Source of the DNA: an uncultured delta proteobacterium
GTDB taxonomy: Bacteria > Desulfobacterota > Binatia > UBA9968
DNA: 64,000 nt
NCBI GenBank assembly: GCA_963760795.1
Contig: CAVXEP010000017.1
Span: 12,686-76,685, forward strand
Direction of reading: 5' to 3'
Shown: positions 29,475 to 39,535 of the stretch, piece after piece
How positions within the stretch are numbered: position 1 is the first letter of the stretch
How the letters are laid out: each line of letters starts with the position of its first letter
Program-made: the position numbers and the translations under genes
The notes under the pieces: model-generated
What the model saw: only the letters and a program-made list of their open reading frames with translations
Told to the model about the DNA's origin: nothing
Databases searched by the model: none

Positions 29475-31729
29475 ATTTCACATCGTCAATCATTCGATTC
29501 CGCGACGCGATGGCCGGGTCAAGGTCACCGGTAAAGCGCAATATGTCGCCGACCTGCGGCTCATCGGCATGGCCTACGCGAAAGTGCTGCGCAGTCCGGT
29601 CGCCCATGCGAAAATTATTGCCATCGACAAGTCGAAAGCCGAATCCCACCCCGGCGTCTACTGCGTCGTCACCGGCTACGATCTCGACGGGTTGAATCCC
29701 TACTTCGGCCACGCCGTCAAAGACCATCCGCTTATTAGCAATCGACAAGGTGCGCTACACCGGCGAGCCGGTGGCCGCGGTGGTCGCCGTCGACGAGCGC
29801 ACCGCCTTCGAAGCCTTGGAATTCATCGACGTCAAATACGAAGAGCTCAAAGGCGTCTTCACGCCGCAAGAGGCGCTGGCCAAAGATGCGCCGTTGTTGC
29901 ACGACCGGAAATTCGAAGCCGGCGCGCTGCGCGGTTTCGAGGGCGAAGTTACCGCCGGCAAAGGCACAAATATTTGCCAGACGCACAAGATTCAGTGGGG
30001 CGATGTCGAGAAGGCATTCAAGGAAGCCGCCGCGGTGGTCGAGGGCGACTATTATTTTCCCATGACCTACGCCTACGCCATGGAACCCTATGTCGCCATC
30101 GCCGATGTCAGCGACCAGGGCGTGAATGTTTATTCGTCGGCGCAGCACCCGTTCATGGTGCGCCATGATCTGAAATCGATTTTCAATTTACCGGTCAGCA
30201 AGGTCCGTCTGATCGTGCCCTTCGTCGGCGGCGGTTACGGCAGCAAGTCCTACACCAAAGTCGAACCGCTGGTCGCCGCCTGCTCGTGGAAAGCCAAACG
30301 GCCGGTGAAACTGCAACTCACCGTCGAAGAAGCGATGTTGACCACCCGCAGCGACGACGCCTACACCTGGATGCGCACCGCGGTGGATAAGAACGGTAAA
30401 ATAATCGCGCGCCAGGCGAAAATCATGATGAACACCGGCGCCTACGCCGAGAACAGCCCGCTGGTGGTCGAGAAATCGACCAACCGCTGCGTCGGTCCCT
30501 ATGCGATCGCCAATGTGCTGATCGAGAACATGTCGCTTTATACCAATACCGTGCCGGCCAGTTCATACCGCGGTTTCGGCTGCGCCCAAGTGACGCTGCC
30601 CGGCGAATCGCAGATCGACGAGCTGGCGGCCAAGATCGGCAAAGATCCCTACCAGTTTCGGCTAGAGAATGCGGCCAAACCCGGCGAAGAATTTTTTCCC
30701 GGCATGCGCCCCTTCGACGGCACGCTCAAACAAGATTTAGACACCGCGGCCAAAGCGATCGGTTGGGGCACGCCGTTGGCGAAAGGCCATGGCCGCACCG
30801 TCGCCGTCTCCGGCAGCGACGCCGGCGCTTATCCGCTGACTTCAACGGCCGTGCGCGTCCACGCCGACGGTTCGGCGACCATCATGACCGGCAGCACCGA
30901 GCTGGGCCAGGGCAGCCACACCGTCCTGCCGCAGATCGCCGCCGAAGAATTGGGCATCGCCTACGACCAAGTCAACGTGGTGTCGTCGGACACCGCGATC
31001 ACGCCCTACGATCGCTCCACCGGCGCCAGCCGGACAACGACGCTGATGGGCAGCGCGGTGATGGAAGCTTGCCAGGAAGCGATTCAGCAGATGGTCGTCA
31101 TGGCCGCCGATGTGCTCAAGGTCAAAGTCGAAGAGATTGAAAAAGTGCGCGGCGGCGTCCGCTGCGGCGAGGTTGAGCTTAACTGGTCCCAGGTGATCAG
31201 CAAATTTTACGCTCTACCCGACGGCGAAGTGATCGGCCGCTCGTACATTAGAAAGTCCGGCAGATTCGCCGCGCTGCCGGTGTTCTGGGAAGCCGCCGCC
31301 ACCGGCGTGGAACTCTCCGTCGACGAAGACACCGGCAAGATCACCATGGAGAAACTCGCCACCGTCGGCGATGTCGGTTTGGCGATCAATCCGGCGCTGG
31401 CCGAAGGCCAAGACATCGGCGCCGCGACCATGGGCATGGGCATCGGCCTGTTCGAAGAATTGATTTACGAAGGCTCGCAGTTGATGAACGGCTCGATCCT
31501 CGACTACCGTTTGCCGCGCTTCTCCGATTTACCGAAACAAGTCGAGCTCCACTTGGTGCAAAACCGCGACGGTGTCGGCCCCTATGGCGCCAAAGGCGGC
31601 GGCGAAGCGTCGCTGAACTCCATGGCCGCCAACATCGCCAACGCCGTCGACAAAGCCGTCGGCGTGCGCATCCGCCAAGCGCCGCTCACGCCGGAACGAG
31701 TCTGGCGCGCACTGAAAGAAAAGAAATGA
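29452..31729 (+). CDS. molybdenum hydroxylase large subunit, molybdopterin-binding (xanthine dehydrogenase / aldehyde oxidase / CoxL family), one frame break
   Basis: Track ORFs 29452-30168 and 29750-31729. They join as IPRRDGRVKVTGKAQYVADL...VKDHPL / LAIDKVRYTGEPVAAVVA. Later motifs: GGGYGSKS, SYRGFGCAQ, GQGSHTV, YGAKGGGE. The frame change lies near 29733-29737. Confidence 0.85.
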
Positions 31730-31731
31730 AA

Positions 31732-31807
31732 GGTTCAAGGATCGAAGTTTGAGGATCGAGAATAGAAAGTCGCGATCATCGAACCATCGATCCTTCGAAT
31801 CTTCGAA
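31732..31807. repeat. hairpin element with GGATCGAA-type unit arms
   Basis: ggttcaaggatcgaagtttgaggatcgag - loop - cgatcatcgaaccatcgatccttcgaatcttcgaac. It fills the gap between the large and FAD subunit genes. Confidence 0.65.
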
Positions 31808-31818
31808 CTAGACTGTTT

Positions 31819-32673
31819 ATGATGCCCTTAAGAAAATTTGCCATTCATCAACCCAACACGGTCGCCGAAGCGTCGCAGATGCTCACCCAGTACGGCGAAA
31901 AAGGCCGGCTCTACGCCGGCGGCACCGAGCTGCTGCTCGCCATGAAGCATGATCTCTTGCGTTATGAGCACTTGGTCGATGTCAAAACCATTGCCGACTT
32001 GAATAAGATCGAGTTGAAAAATGGCGCGCTAATGATCGGCGGCAGCGCCACCCATCGCGCCATCGAACGCTCGCCGTTGGTCAAACAAAGCCTGCCGGTA
32101 TTGGCCGAGATGGAAACCAAGGTGGCAAACATTCGCGTGCGCGCCTGCGGCACCCTCGGCGGCAATCTCTGCTTCGCCGAGCCGCACTCCGATCCAGCGA
32201 CGTTATTGACCGCGCTCGGCGCCAAGGCCCATGTTCAAGGCAAGGCCGGAGCGCGAACCGTGGCGATGGATAAACTGATCACCGGCGCCTATGAAACTTC
32301 CCTCGCCAGCGATGAACTGTTGGTCGGTGTCGAGGTTCCAGTATTGGCAAAAAACCAGCGTGCCGCTTATCTAAAATTCCAACTCAAGGAGCGGCCCACG
32401 TTGGGACTAGCGCTGTTCTTAGAACTCGACGGCGACAGCATCAAAAAAGCTGCCGCCGTCGTCGGCAGCGTCAGCGTCGCACCGACTCAGTCCGACAAAG
32501 CCAACGGCTTGCTCACCGGCGCGAGATCACAAGTTGAAAAGCAACTAGGCGACGCCGCCGAAGCCTTAGCCCAAGCCGCCGATCCGGTCGACGACACCGA
32601 GGGCGGCGCCGACTACAAGCGCCACTTGATCGGTGTGTTTCTCCGCCGCGCTTTCATCAAAGCCCTGTCTTAG
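31819..32673 (+). CDS. molybdenum hydroxylase medium subunit, FAD-binding (CoxM-like)
   Basis: 284-aa ORF: RLYAGGTELLLAMK...IGGSATHRAIE...IRVRACGTLGGNLC...ADYKRHL. Confidence 0.85.
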   Translation: MMPLRKFAIHQPNTVAEASQMLTQYGEKGRLYAGGTELLLAMKHDLLRYEHLVDVKTIADLNKIELKNGALMIGGSATHRAIERSPLVKQSLPVLAEMETKVANIRVRACGTLGGNLCFAEPHSDPATLLTALGAKAHVQGKAGARTVAMDKLITGAYETSLASDELLVGVEVPVLAKNQRAAYLKFQLKERPTLGLALFLELDGDSIKKAAAVVGSVSVAPTQSDKANGLLTGARSQVEKQLGDAAEALAQAADPVDDTEGGADYKRHLIGVFLRRAFIKALS

Positions 32674-33002
32674 AAACATTTATTCTTGCCGAGTTGGCAT
32701 ATCCACCCGTAACGGCGCGGATGATTTCGCGATCGCTTCCCGGACGCGGTGAAATTATCTTTTGACCGGCAATTACTCCCGCTCATTCAACGTCCGGAAA
32801 AAACTCTTGTCCACAGCGTCCGCTGATGGAACGTTTTGATAATCGCGTGCATCGGTGAAATCTTCTCTCCCGCCAAACATTCCCGTTACCCTTTAGGCGC
32901 TGCTGACGGTTGCGCTTGAATCTCTGCTCGGTCCTGGGCTAGTGTCACCGCCAAAGCGCGTGCCTGCGCTGGCTTAGATTTACCGAGCTTCAGGAGGAAC
33001 AG

Positions 33003-33449
33003 ATGGCAGGAGAAAAGACCGTCGGTGACATCACCTTTCGCATTCGTCATACGATGATGCTGGTCAGCAATCTCGATCGCAGCATGGATTTTTACACGCG
33101 GCTGTTGGGCATGGATGTGCAGCGGCTGCGGCCCTCGCCTGATAAGAACGAGCGGGTCGGCTACATCGGCTATGGCACTGAAGATGAATATCCTGGGTTA
33201 GAGCTGATCGAAACCGGTGGCCCCGGCCATATCCCGGCGATGCCCAAGTGGTACGGCCATGTCGCGATCTATGTTTCCGATCTCTACACGTTAAGCGAAA
33301 AACTAAAAGCCGAAGGCGTGAAATTTACCCTCGGCCCTCAGCCCAACCGTCCCGGCAGCCAAGATAAGGTTGCCTTCATCCAAGATCCCGATGGTTATCT
33401 TCTGGAACTGACCGAGCGCCACTCGAAGAGCGGCGCGCCGCTAAGCTGA
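33003..33449 (+). CDS. VOC-family protein (glyoxalase I-like)
   Basis: 148-aa ORF with an AGGAGG RBS. Motifs: IRHTMMLVSNLDRSMDFYTRLLGM, GHVAIYVSD, FIQDPDGYLLELTE. Confidence 0.8.
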   Translation: MAGEKTVGDITFRIRHTMMLVSNLDRSMDFYTRLLGMDVQRLRPSPDKNERVGYIGYGTEDEYPGLELIETGGPGHIPAMPKWYGHVAIYVSDLYTLSEKLKAEGVKFTLGPQPNRPGSQDKVAFIQDPDGYLLELTERHSKSGAPLS

Positions 33450-33632
33450 GCGCATACCTGCGGTATGGTTAACCCAAAATCCGCAGGAGAAAAACGGCAG
33501 TTCACCCTGCACGTGTGAGTCCGGAGCAGTGAAGTCGCAAAGTCGTGTTTCATTGGCAGCTCCAAGATCTCACTTCCCTGCCGAATAAACCGGACGCGCC
33601 ATAGCCCAAGGAGTGCTCTGAGGAATCCGCGT

Positions 33633-34638
33633 TTAACGGACAAACATGGCGCGATATTGCCGGCTATAATCGTCGAGCTTCTCAGCCAACTGCACCCGGC
33701 TGGGAATCACTTTGAGATGACCGGGGTAGCCCTCCGGTCTTAAGCCGGGCATGGCCGGCTCGCGGCCGCGCTTGAGAAAAACTCTCTGACCTTCATCCGA
33801 TAAAGCGAAGTCGATGAACAAGCGCGCCGCATTGGGGCGCGGCGCTTTCTCGACGATACTGATCGGATGAAGCGCCAGGATCGCCGGCTCCAATCCCAGC
33901 CAATCCACCGGCGCGCCCTGTTTCTTCATCAGATGAGGCCGGTACCAGTAGGCGACGATCTGCAAGTCGAACTCGCCGGCACTGAGCAGTTGGGTGATGA
34001 GCGAGCGGCCGCTACGGATGGCCACTTCTTGTTTCGCCAACGACTGCATGAACTCCAGCCCTTTTTTCTCGCCCATGAAATGGAGCATGTTGGCAAACCA
34101 GCGATCTTCATTCTGATCCAACACCATGCGCCCCTTCCAACGCGGATGCAGCAGATCTTCCCAGCGCTTGGGCAGTTCGTCGCGTTTGACTCGGTTGGTG
34201 TTGTACGCCGTGACGATCAGATTGTCGTAAAGATCGGTCCAATAACCGTTCGGGTCTTTGAATCCCTCGGAATAGACCGCGGCGTAGGGAGATTTGTAAG
34301 GCGCGAGAAAGCCTTTCTTTTGCATGTGATAGGTTTCAAACTCGCCGACGCTGACCACGTCGGCGACGTAGGTATTCGTCTGGCGCTCGATGTTCATGCG
34401 GCTAAAGATTTTGTCATGGGTCGAGCGAAAAATGTCGGTCTTGATAAATGGATACTTGGCCTCGAAGGCGCTGGTGAGCGACCGGGCAAACTCGGTCTCC
34501 ACCGAAGTGTAGAAAATCATCTTGCCTTCTTTACGCGCCGCTTCGACGAGCAGCCGCTGTTGCGCATCGCTCGGCGCCCTGGCTGATTTCACTCAGGCTT
34601 AAGAGAAAGAGAATGACCAAGGCTAGTACTCGCGTCAT
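33633..34638 (-). CDS. periplasmic solute-binding protein, SBP family 1 paralog; frame break in the signal-peptide region
   Basis: Track ORF 33633-34592 (EGKMIFYTS, HPRWKGRM, RPNAARLFIDFALSDEGQ). The signal peptide MTRVLALVILFLLSLSEISQ from ATG 34638 is in another frame. The shift lies near 34575-34592. Confidence 0.72.
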
Positions 34639-34657
34639 GGCTTAGTACCTCCCAAAT

Positions 34658-35224
34658 TCACGAAGCGCTTTTGCCCCATGGTAGTTCGAGCTTGTTGACG
34701 ATATCGAATTGCGAACGGCCGGTATAGTATACGTTCTTGCCGTAGACGTGCAGTGACACGCTTGGTTCGTCCGTCGTATTTTCGACGCTATGAATTATCG
34801 AGTTCGGCAACACCACGGCCTGGCCGAGAACGCAGTCCATTGCACCGACCCGTTCGAGTTCCGCATAACCGGCGCGGCTGCCGTCGTCGATGCGCCGCCA
34901 GAAAATGTTTTTCTCCGCGCCTTCGAGTCCGACGACGATGCCCCACGTACCATGGTTATGCGGCAGGGTCGCACCGCTCGGCAGCCAACTCAACAGCGCC
35001 ACCGCCAACCCGTGATCCGGCTCTTCGTGGAGTAGATTGAAGCTGAAGCCTTTCTCGACGTTTGAATGAATCGGCGCTTCGTTCTTCAAGTCTGGGTTGG
35101 CAGCCAAACGCTCGGCCAGCGGCGCAACTTGGCGGAGGATGTCCCGTTCTTCGGTTACGCTGGCCGTGATCGTCCGCAATGCGGTGACAAACTGCGCTAG
35201 TGAATAAGCAGTCTTGGTATCCAT
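34658..35224 (-). CDS. cupin, cysteine-dioxygenase type I-like
   Basis: 188-aa ORF: LPHNHGTWGIVVGLEGAE...IIHSVENT...HVYG, a single cupin barrel with a His-rich metal site. Confidence 0.6.
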   Translation of the reverse strand: MDTKTAYSLAQFVTALRTITASVTEERDILRQVAPLAERLAANPDLKNEAPIHSNVEKGFSFNLLHEEPDHGLAVALLSWLPSGATLPHNHGTWGIVVGLEGAEKNIFWRRIDDGSRAGYAELERVGAMDCVLGQAVVLPNSIIHSVENTTDEPSVSLHVYGKNVYYTGRSQFDIVNKLELPWGKSAS

Positions 35225-35378
35225 TAAAATTTACGGCACCTGCGAAAATGTTCTGCCGATCATTCTTGCCGCCATCGCATCGCAGGCAACGACTGGAGTT
35301 GCCCTTACAAATCCGATTCCTTTTTGTGAACTTTGCGTTCTTTGCGGCCATTCTCCTTTTCGGTTGCGGCCAATTCTC

Positions 35379-35996
35379 TTATCTTCTTTGGCGCTTCGGC
35401 ATCTGCGCCGCGAGCGTCGGCCAATCAGCGTAGCGGCCAACATTGGCGTGATCTTCGGCGACGCGATTCCACGGGCAATCGATCAGCGCCACGGGAAGCT
35501 TCATCTGAGCAGCGAGAAACTGCGCCATCGGCAGGGAATCCTCCACCGCCCAACAATACGTTCGCTGAGCTAATTCGTCAAGGCGAATCGCCACCGTGTT
35601 CTCTGTGCTAAAGCGCGAATACTTGTCGACCATGTTAAATGATTGATGCGGCACGCGATAACGCGCCAGCCACGCCAACGAAGGTTCATAGGAGTCGGGC
35701 GGCCTGCCGGTCACGATGGCAATCTCGTAACCGTCATTTGCCCAACGGCCTAGTGCGGCGATGGCTGCTTCGATGGGCGCAATTCGCATGAGTTCATCCG
35801 GCCGATGCACGATGCGGTACAGCTCCTCGGTTTCCTCCGGCGCCAAGCCGCACGACGTCCCGATATCGAAATCCGTGAGATCTTCATAGGCGATCCGTTT
35901 GGCGAATTCGCGCTCCACGACGGCAAGGAAATGGCGCGCGGTCTCGCATAGCACATCGTCGAGATCGACGTAAATGGTTTTCGAGTTTGCAGTCAT
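35379..35996 (-). CDS. HAD-superfamily 5'(3')-deoxyribonucleotidase-like protein (NT5C family)
   Basis: 205-aa ORF. HAD motif I IYVDLDDVLCET; later IAIVTGRP and AVEDS. Confidence 0.6.
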   Translation of the reverse strand: MTANSKTIYVDLDDVLCETARHFLAVVEREFAKRIAYEDLTDFDIGTSCGLAPEETEELYRIVHRPDELMRIAPIEAAIAALGRWANDGYEIAIVTGRPPDSYEPSLAWLARYRVPHQSFNMVDKYSRFSTENTVAIRLDELAQRTYCWAVEDSLPMAQFLAAQMKLPVALIDCPWNRVAEDHANVGRYADWPTLAAQMPKRQRR

Positions 35997-36002
35997 CGAT
36001 TT

Positions 36003-36482
36003 CTAGAATTGGTTGTCGCGCGGTTGCTCAACGAGCGCCAATTCGAGTTTTCCCGACAGATGATCGACTGTGAAGCTGGCGTTGCGCAAGAATATCCGGC
36101 CAAGAATGCCGATGATATCGGCGCGATGATCGTGGCTCTTCTCGCGCAGCGACGGCACGCCGACGCATTCGAGCACAGTCGAATACAGCGTTGGCTTACC
36201 GTCCACATCCACCGCCGGCAGATACACGCGGCCTAAGTAAAGTTGTAGGGTGCCATAGCCATGGATGCCATGCACCGCCCGCGTACCGAGCGGCGACAAG
36301 GGTAACATCTCGGCGACGGCAAGATCGATCATCGCACCGTAGGCGCCGGTGTCGATGAGAAATTCGCCTCTGATCTCGCGACCCAGTTCGTCGTGCTGCC
36401 GCGCCCAGCTTCCTGACACGACCGGCCCCGTCTCGGCTAATCGTTCTGCACTGATGTCCGCTCGGATTACGTACTTATTCAT
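36003..36482 (-). CDS. retropepsin-like aspartic protease domain protein
   Basis: 159-aa ORF with the catalytic FLIDTGAYGAMI and the flap/dimer-like IIGILGRIFL motif. It lies 6 nt upstream of the NT5C-like gene and 27 nt downstream of mpg. Confidence 0.55.
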   Translation of the reverse strand: MNKYVIRADISAERLAETGPVVSGSWARQHDELGREIRGEFLIDTGAYGAMIDLAVAEMLPLSPLGTRAVHGIHGYGTLQLYLGRVYLPAVDVDGKPTLYSTVLECVGVPSLREKSHDHRADIIGILGRIFLRNASFTVDHLSGKLELALVEQPRDNQF

Positions 36483-36509
36483 CGAGAATTGCTGCCCAAC
36501 TGAGTGCGT

Positions 36510-37091
36510 TTAACCTTTCGAGACAAATTCGCTGTCACGAACAATAAAACGCAACGGCTTGTCCTTCCACTTACCGGCGTAGTCAACACCGATCCGCGGC
36601 GTGGCGGTGAACTTCGGCATCGGTTCGCCGCGGTCTTCGAGGTAAAGACTCTTGCCGCAAACATCGGCGCCATTGAGCGATCGGTCGATGGCGAACGCCT
36701 GGCAAAGTTTGCCTGGACCGCTGGCGAGATTGTGCAGCAAATCAGTCTTTCGATTCTGCTTCATTTGCTCGATCCCGCGCACCGGCTCCACCGCCCGGAT
36801 CAACACCGCCGCGGGAAAGTCCTTTGCTTCGGTGACCAAATTGAGCATGTTGTAAAATCCGTAGATAAAGTAAACATAGGCGTGCCCCGCCGCGCCGAAC
36901 ATCACATCCGTCCGCTTGGTTCGCCCTTTGGAAGCATGACAAGCTAGATCGTGCGGGCCAAGATATGCTTCGGTCTCAACGATCCGCCCGGTCAAAATAC
37001 CCTCTTCGCGCCGATGCACGAGAAATTTGCCTAACAGTTGTTTGGCAACATCGATGGTCGATTGTTCGTAAAATGAGCGTGGCAGCTTCAA
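36510..37091 (-). CDS. mpg: DNA-3-methyladenine glycosylase (Mpg/AAG family)
   Basis: 193-aa ORF: AKQLLGKFLVH...GRIVETEAYLGPHDLACHASKGRTKRT..MFG.AGHAYVYFIYG. Confidence 0.85.
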   Translation of the reverse strand: MKLPRSFYEQSTIDVAKQLLGKFLVHRREEGILTGRIVETEAYLGPHDLACHASKGRTKRTDVMFGAAGHAYVYFIYGFYNMLNLVTEAKDFPAAVLIRAVEPVRGIEQMKQNRKTDLLHNLASGPGKLCQAFAIDRSLNGADVCGKSLYLEDRGEPMPKFTATPRIGVDYAGKWKDKPLRFIVRDSEFVSKG

Positions 37092-37154
37092 GGGCAGAAT
37101 GAATAGAGGTCAACCGATTCTGACTACTGATTCCTGATCGCTGGCTTCCGTTCT

Positions 37155-37562
37155 CTATCCCGACTGCGGCAAGCCATCCTTGATTTCGACCCAAGGCGCC
37201 TTCGAGCTGACGTGAATATGCTTGGAAATTTTCACACCCGGGTCGCTGTCCAGACTGCCGGGACGAAAGCGTAAGCTGCTCGGATCTTTATCTTTCCGCT
37301 TCACTAATGGCGTGCCGCAGCGACCGCAAAATACCCGGTGATTGCCCGGCGACGATTGCCATTCCTTGAGCAGCTCTTGTCCCGCCGTGAAACGAAACGA
37401 CGCCGCCGGAATCGACGCCCCGCTGGCAAACGCCGACCCCGACATCTTGCGGCACAAGCTGCAGTGACAGTTGGTTACGGCGCTAATTTCGCCGTCGATT
37501 TGGTATTTCACACCGCCGCAAAGACATGAACCGGTCAACATGGAACCTCCACTGACTATCAT
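37155..37562 (-). CDS. GFA-family (glutathione-dependent formaldehyde-activating / CENP-V-like) zinc protein
   Basis: GSCLCGGVKY...NCHCSLCRK...FCGRCGTPL Cys pattern. The start is possibly the internal MLTGSC. Confidence 0.8.
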   Translation of the reverse strand: MIVSGGSMLTGSCLCGGVKYQIDGEISAVTNCHCSLCRKMSGSAFASGASIPAASFRFTAGQELLKEWQSSPGNHRVFCGRCGTPLVKRKDKDPSSLRFRPGSLDSDPGVKISKHIHVSSKAPWVEIKDGLPQSG

Positions 37563-37605
37563 TTATATGATTTGCTTATGTCGCTCAGCACTGCGCTAAA
37601 CAATT

Positions 37606-38538
37606 CTATTTGATTTCCCGCACCAAACTCCAATCGACCAACTGGCTCAGCGGAATATCTTTGGTCAGCTTGAGCCGTTCCTTGGTGAGCTGCACGTCGA
37701 GGAGGACGCCTTTGTCGGAGATTATGCCGTCGTCGGTGAACGAATTGATCGACGCGTCGTAGGCTCGGGCGGACTGGGACGGCGTGATGCGCAGATAATC
37801 GGCAAGCATCTGGACTGTCTCATTGCGATTCTGTTTCATGAAACGCAGGCCGCGCACGCCGGCGCGCACGACTCGCTTGATCTGATCGCGCTGGGTCTGA
37901 AGTTTCTGGTCCATCACGGCGATACCGGAAAGCGGCAATTCAATGAGGTCGCCTAAATAGACCAGCCGCTTGAACCCCTCGTCCTCGGCTTTGACCGCGA
38001 AGGCGACGTCGATGGGCGTCGCGTCGATGGCGCCGGCGCGCAACGCCGCCAGGCGTGTCGGGCTCTCGCCGGTGACGATGATCTTGACATCTTTCTCCGG
38101 CTCGAATCCGAAGTGGCGCACCGCCACGCGCGACAGGTAGTCGACCGTGCCGGCAACCGAATCGACGCCGATAATTTTGCCTTTCAAATCCTTCGGCGAT
38201 TTGATCTCCGGCCGGGCGATCAAGACATGCAGAGGCCGGCCGGCAAAACCTAGCACCGCTTTGATCGGCACGCCGCTTACCGCTGCGCGCAACGCCGAAC
38301 CCCAGGCGAGCAGATAATCGACGTCGCCGGACATCAACGCCTTGACACCAATGGCCGGCTGCATTTGAATCTTATCGACCTCGATCCCTTCGTCTCGGTA
38401 GAATCCCTTGCGCATGGCGACGACGACGGGAAACTCGAACAGTCCGCGGCTCGGCGTCGCGATCGTCACCCGTTCCGCCGCCGGCGCGGGATCGCCAGTG
38501 GCAAGAATCGTCAACGCGACCAGATATCGCCAGAACAC
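37606..38538 (-). CDS. periplasmic solute-binding protein, NMT1/THI5-like
   Basis: 310-aa ORF with a GTG start. Signal-like FWRYLVALTILATG. Motif DLKGKIIGVDSVAGTVDY. Confidence 0.72.
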   Translation of the reverse strand: MFWRYLVALTILATGDPAPAAERVTIATPSRGLFEFPVVVAMRKGFYRDEGIEVDKIQMQPAIGVKALMSGDVDYLLAWGSALRAAVSGVPIKAVLGFAGRPLHVLIARPEIKSPKDLKGKIIGVDSVAGTVDYLSRVAVRHFGFEPEKDVKIIVTGESPTRLAALRAGAIDATPIDVAFAVKAEDEGFKRLVYLGDLIELPLSGIAVMDQKLQTQRDQIKRVVRAGVRGLRFMKQNRNETVQMLADYLRITPSQSARAYDASINSFTDDGIISDKGVLLDVQLTKERLKLTKDIPLSQLVDWSLVREIK

Positions 38539-38580
38539 GCAAGAAAATCTGGCTCTGTAGTAAATGCATCATGACCCCCG

Positions 38581-39409
38581 CTATTCCATCCGAACATTTT
38601 TGCTTGAAATCGTAGGTCGTCGAATAGTCGCTTTCGTAAGTGCAGAAAATCCGATTCTTATCCCAGCCGCCGGCAAAACATTTTTTCAGAAACGCCATCA
38701 TCAGCTTCCACGCGTCGTTGGCGGCTTCTTTGCGATAGCGTCCCGGCATGGTGTCGTTGAGCCAACCATGGGGCGCGTCGCGATAGATGCGGATGTGGCA
38801 GCTCTTCTTCGATTTCTCGAAGCAGTTGCGGAAGCGCGCGACATCGTCGACGGAGATAATATGATCCGCCTCGCCGAAAATCCCCAGGACCGGACAGTTC
38901 ACCTGGGCGACCAGCTCGTCTATCGGAGTAGGCCGCAGTTCGTTACCTTGCCACTCACGGCCGCCGACCGCGCCGTAGAGCACCACGGCACCGGCGATGT
39001 CATCGCGCTTGGCCGCCAGCAGCACCGGTTGACGGCCAGTTTGGCAGACGCCGATGATGCCGATCCGCGAGCCGTCAACTTGTTTCAGTCTTTTGAGATA
39101 TTCCACCGCCGCGTTCAGATCGGCCAGCGCGCCATCATCGGTGAGGTCTACGCGCTGCTCGCCGCGCAATACCGCCTTGCGGTCGCCGGTGAAGCGATGA
39201 AACAGATCCGGCGCCAAGCCGACAAAGCCCGCTTGGGCCAGCTTGGCGGTCAGATCTTTGGTATGCTGATCGACGCCATAGCGCTCGTGAAGAATAATCA
39301 CCGCCGGCCGTTTACCTTTAGCCTTGGGCAAAGCCCGCGCGGCGCTAATGCCGCCGCCGAACTTGATCATGGTTGCACTGATTCCCGTCGATTTCTTGGC
39401 TGCCATCAC
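38581..39409 (-). CDS. dienelactone hydrolase family protein (3' end uncertain)
   Basis: Track ORF 38372-39409. Motifs: AVIILHERYGVD and the nucleophile elbow GVCQTG. As printed, the ORF reads 167 nt into the next gene. A one-base change in the T5 run at 38597-38601 would give ...YDFKQKNVRME-stop at 38581, which I take as the likely true end. Confidence 0.7.
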
Positions 39410-39535
39410 GCCTCCACTGCGGTTGTCGTAGAATTTAAAATTGTCTAATCGCCGCCAAGCTTATCCCTCGATCCGCGAGGGAGTCAAGGTAGGCAAAGCT
39501 TGTGTCATATCGAAGTTGAACGTATATTCCGGCCC

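Noticed and set aside
32674-33002. A 330-nt gap with no ORF of 60 aa or more between the Mo-hydroxylase FAD subunit gene and the VOC gene. Similar unexplained gaps lie at 33450-33632 and 56752-57009.
   Set aside because: I found no convincing tRNA cloverleaf, riboswitch-like conserved core or strong hairpin. The only ORF is a 36-aa peptide on the minus strand with no recognisable features. This may be promoter or decayed sequence, but I cannot support any call.
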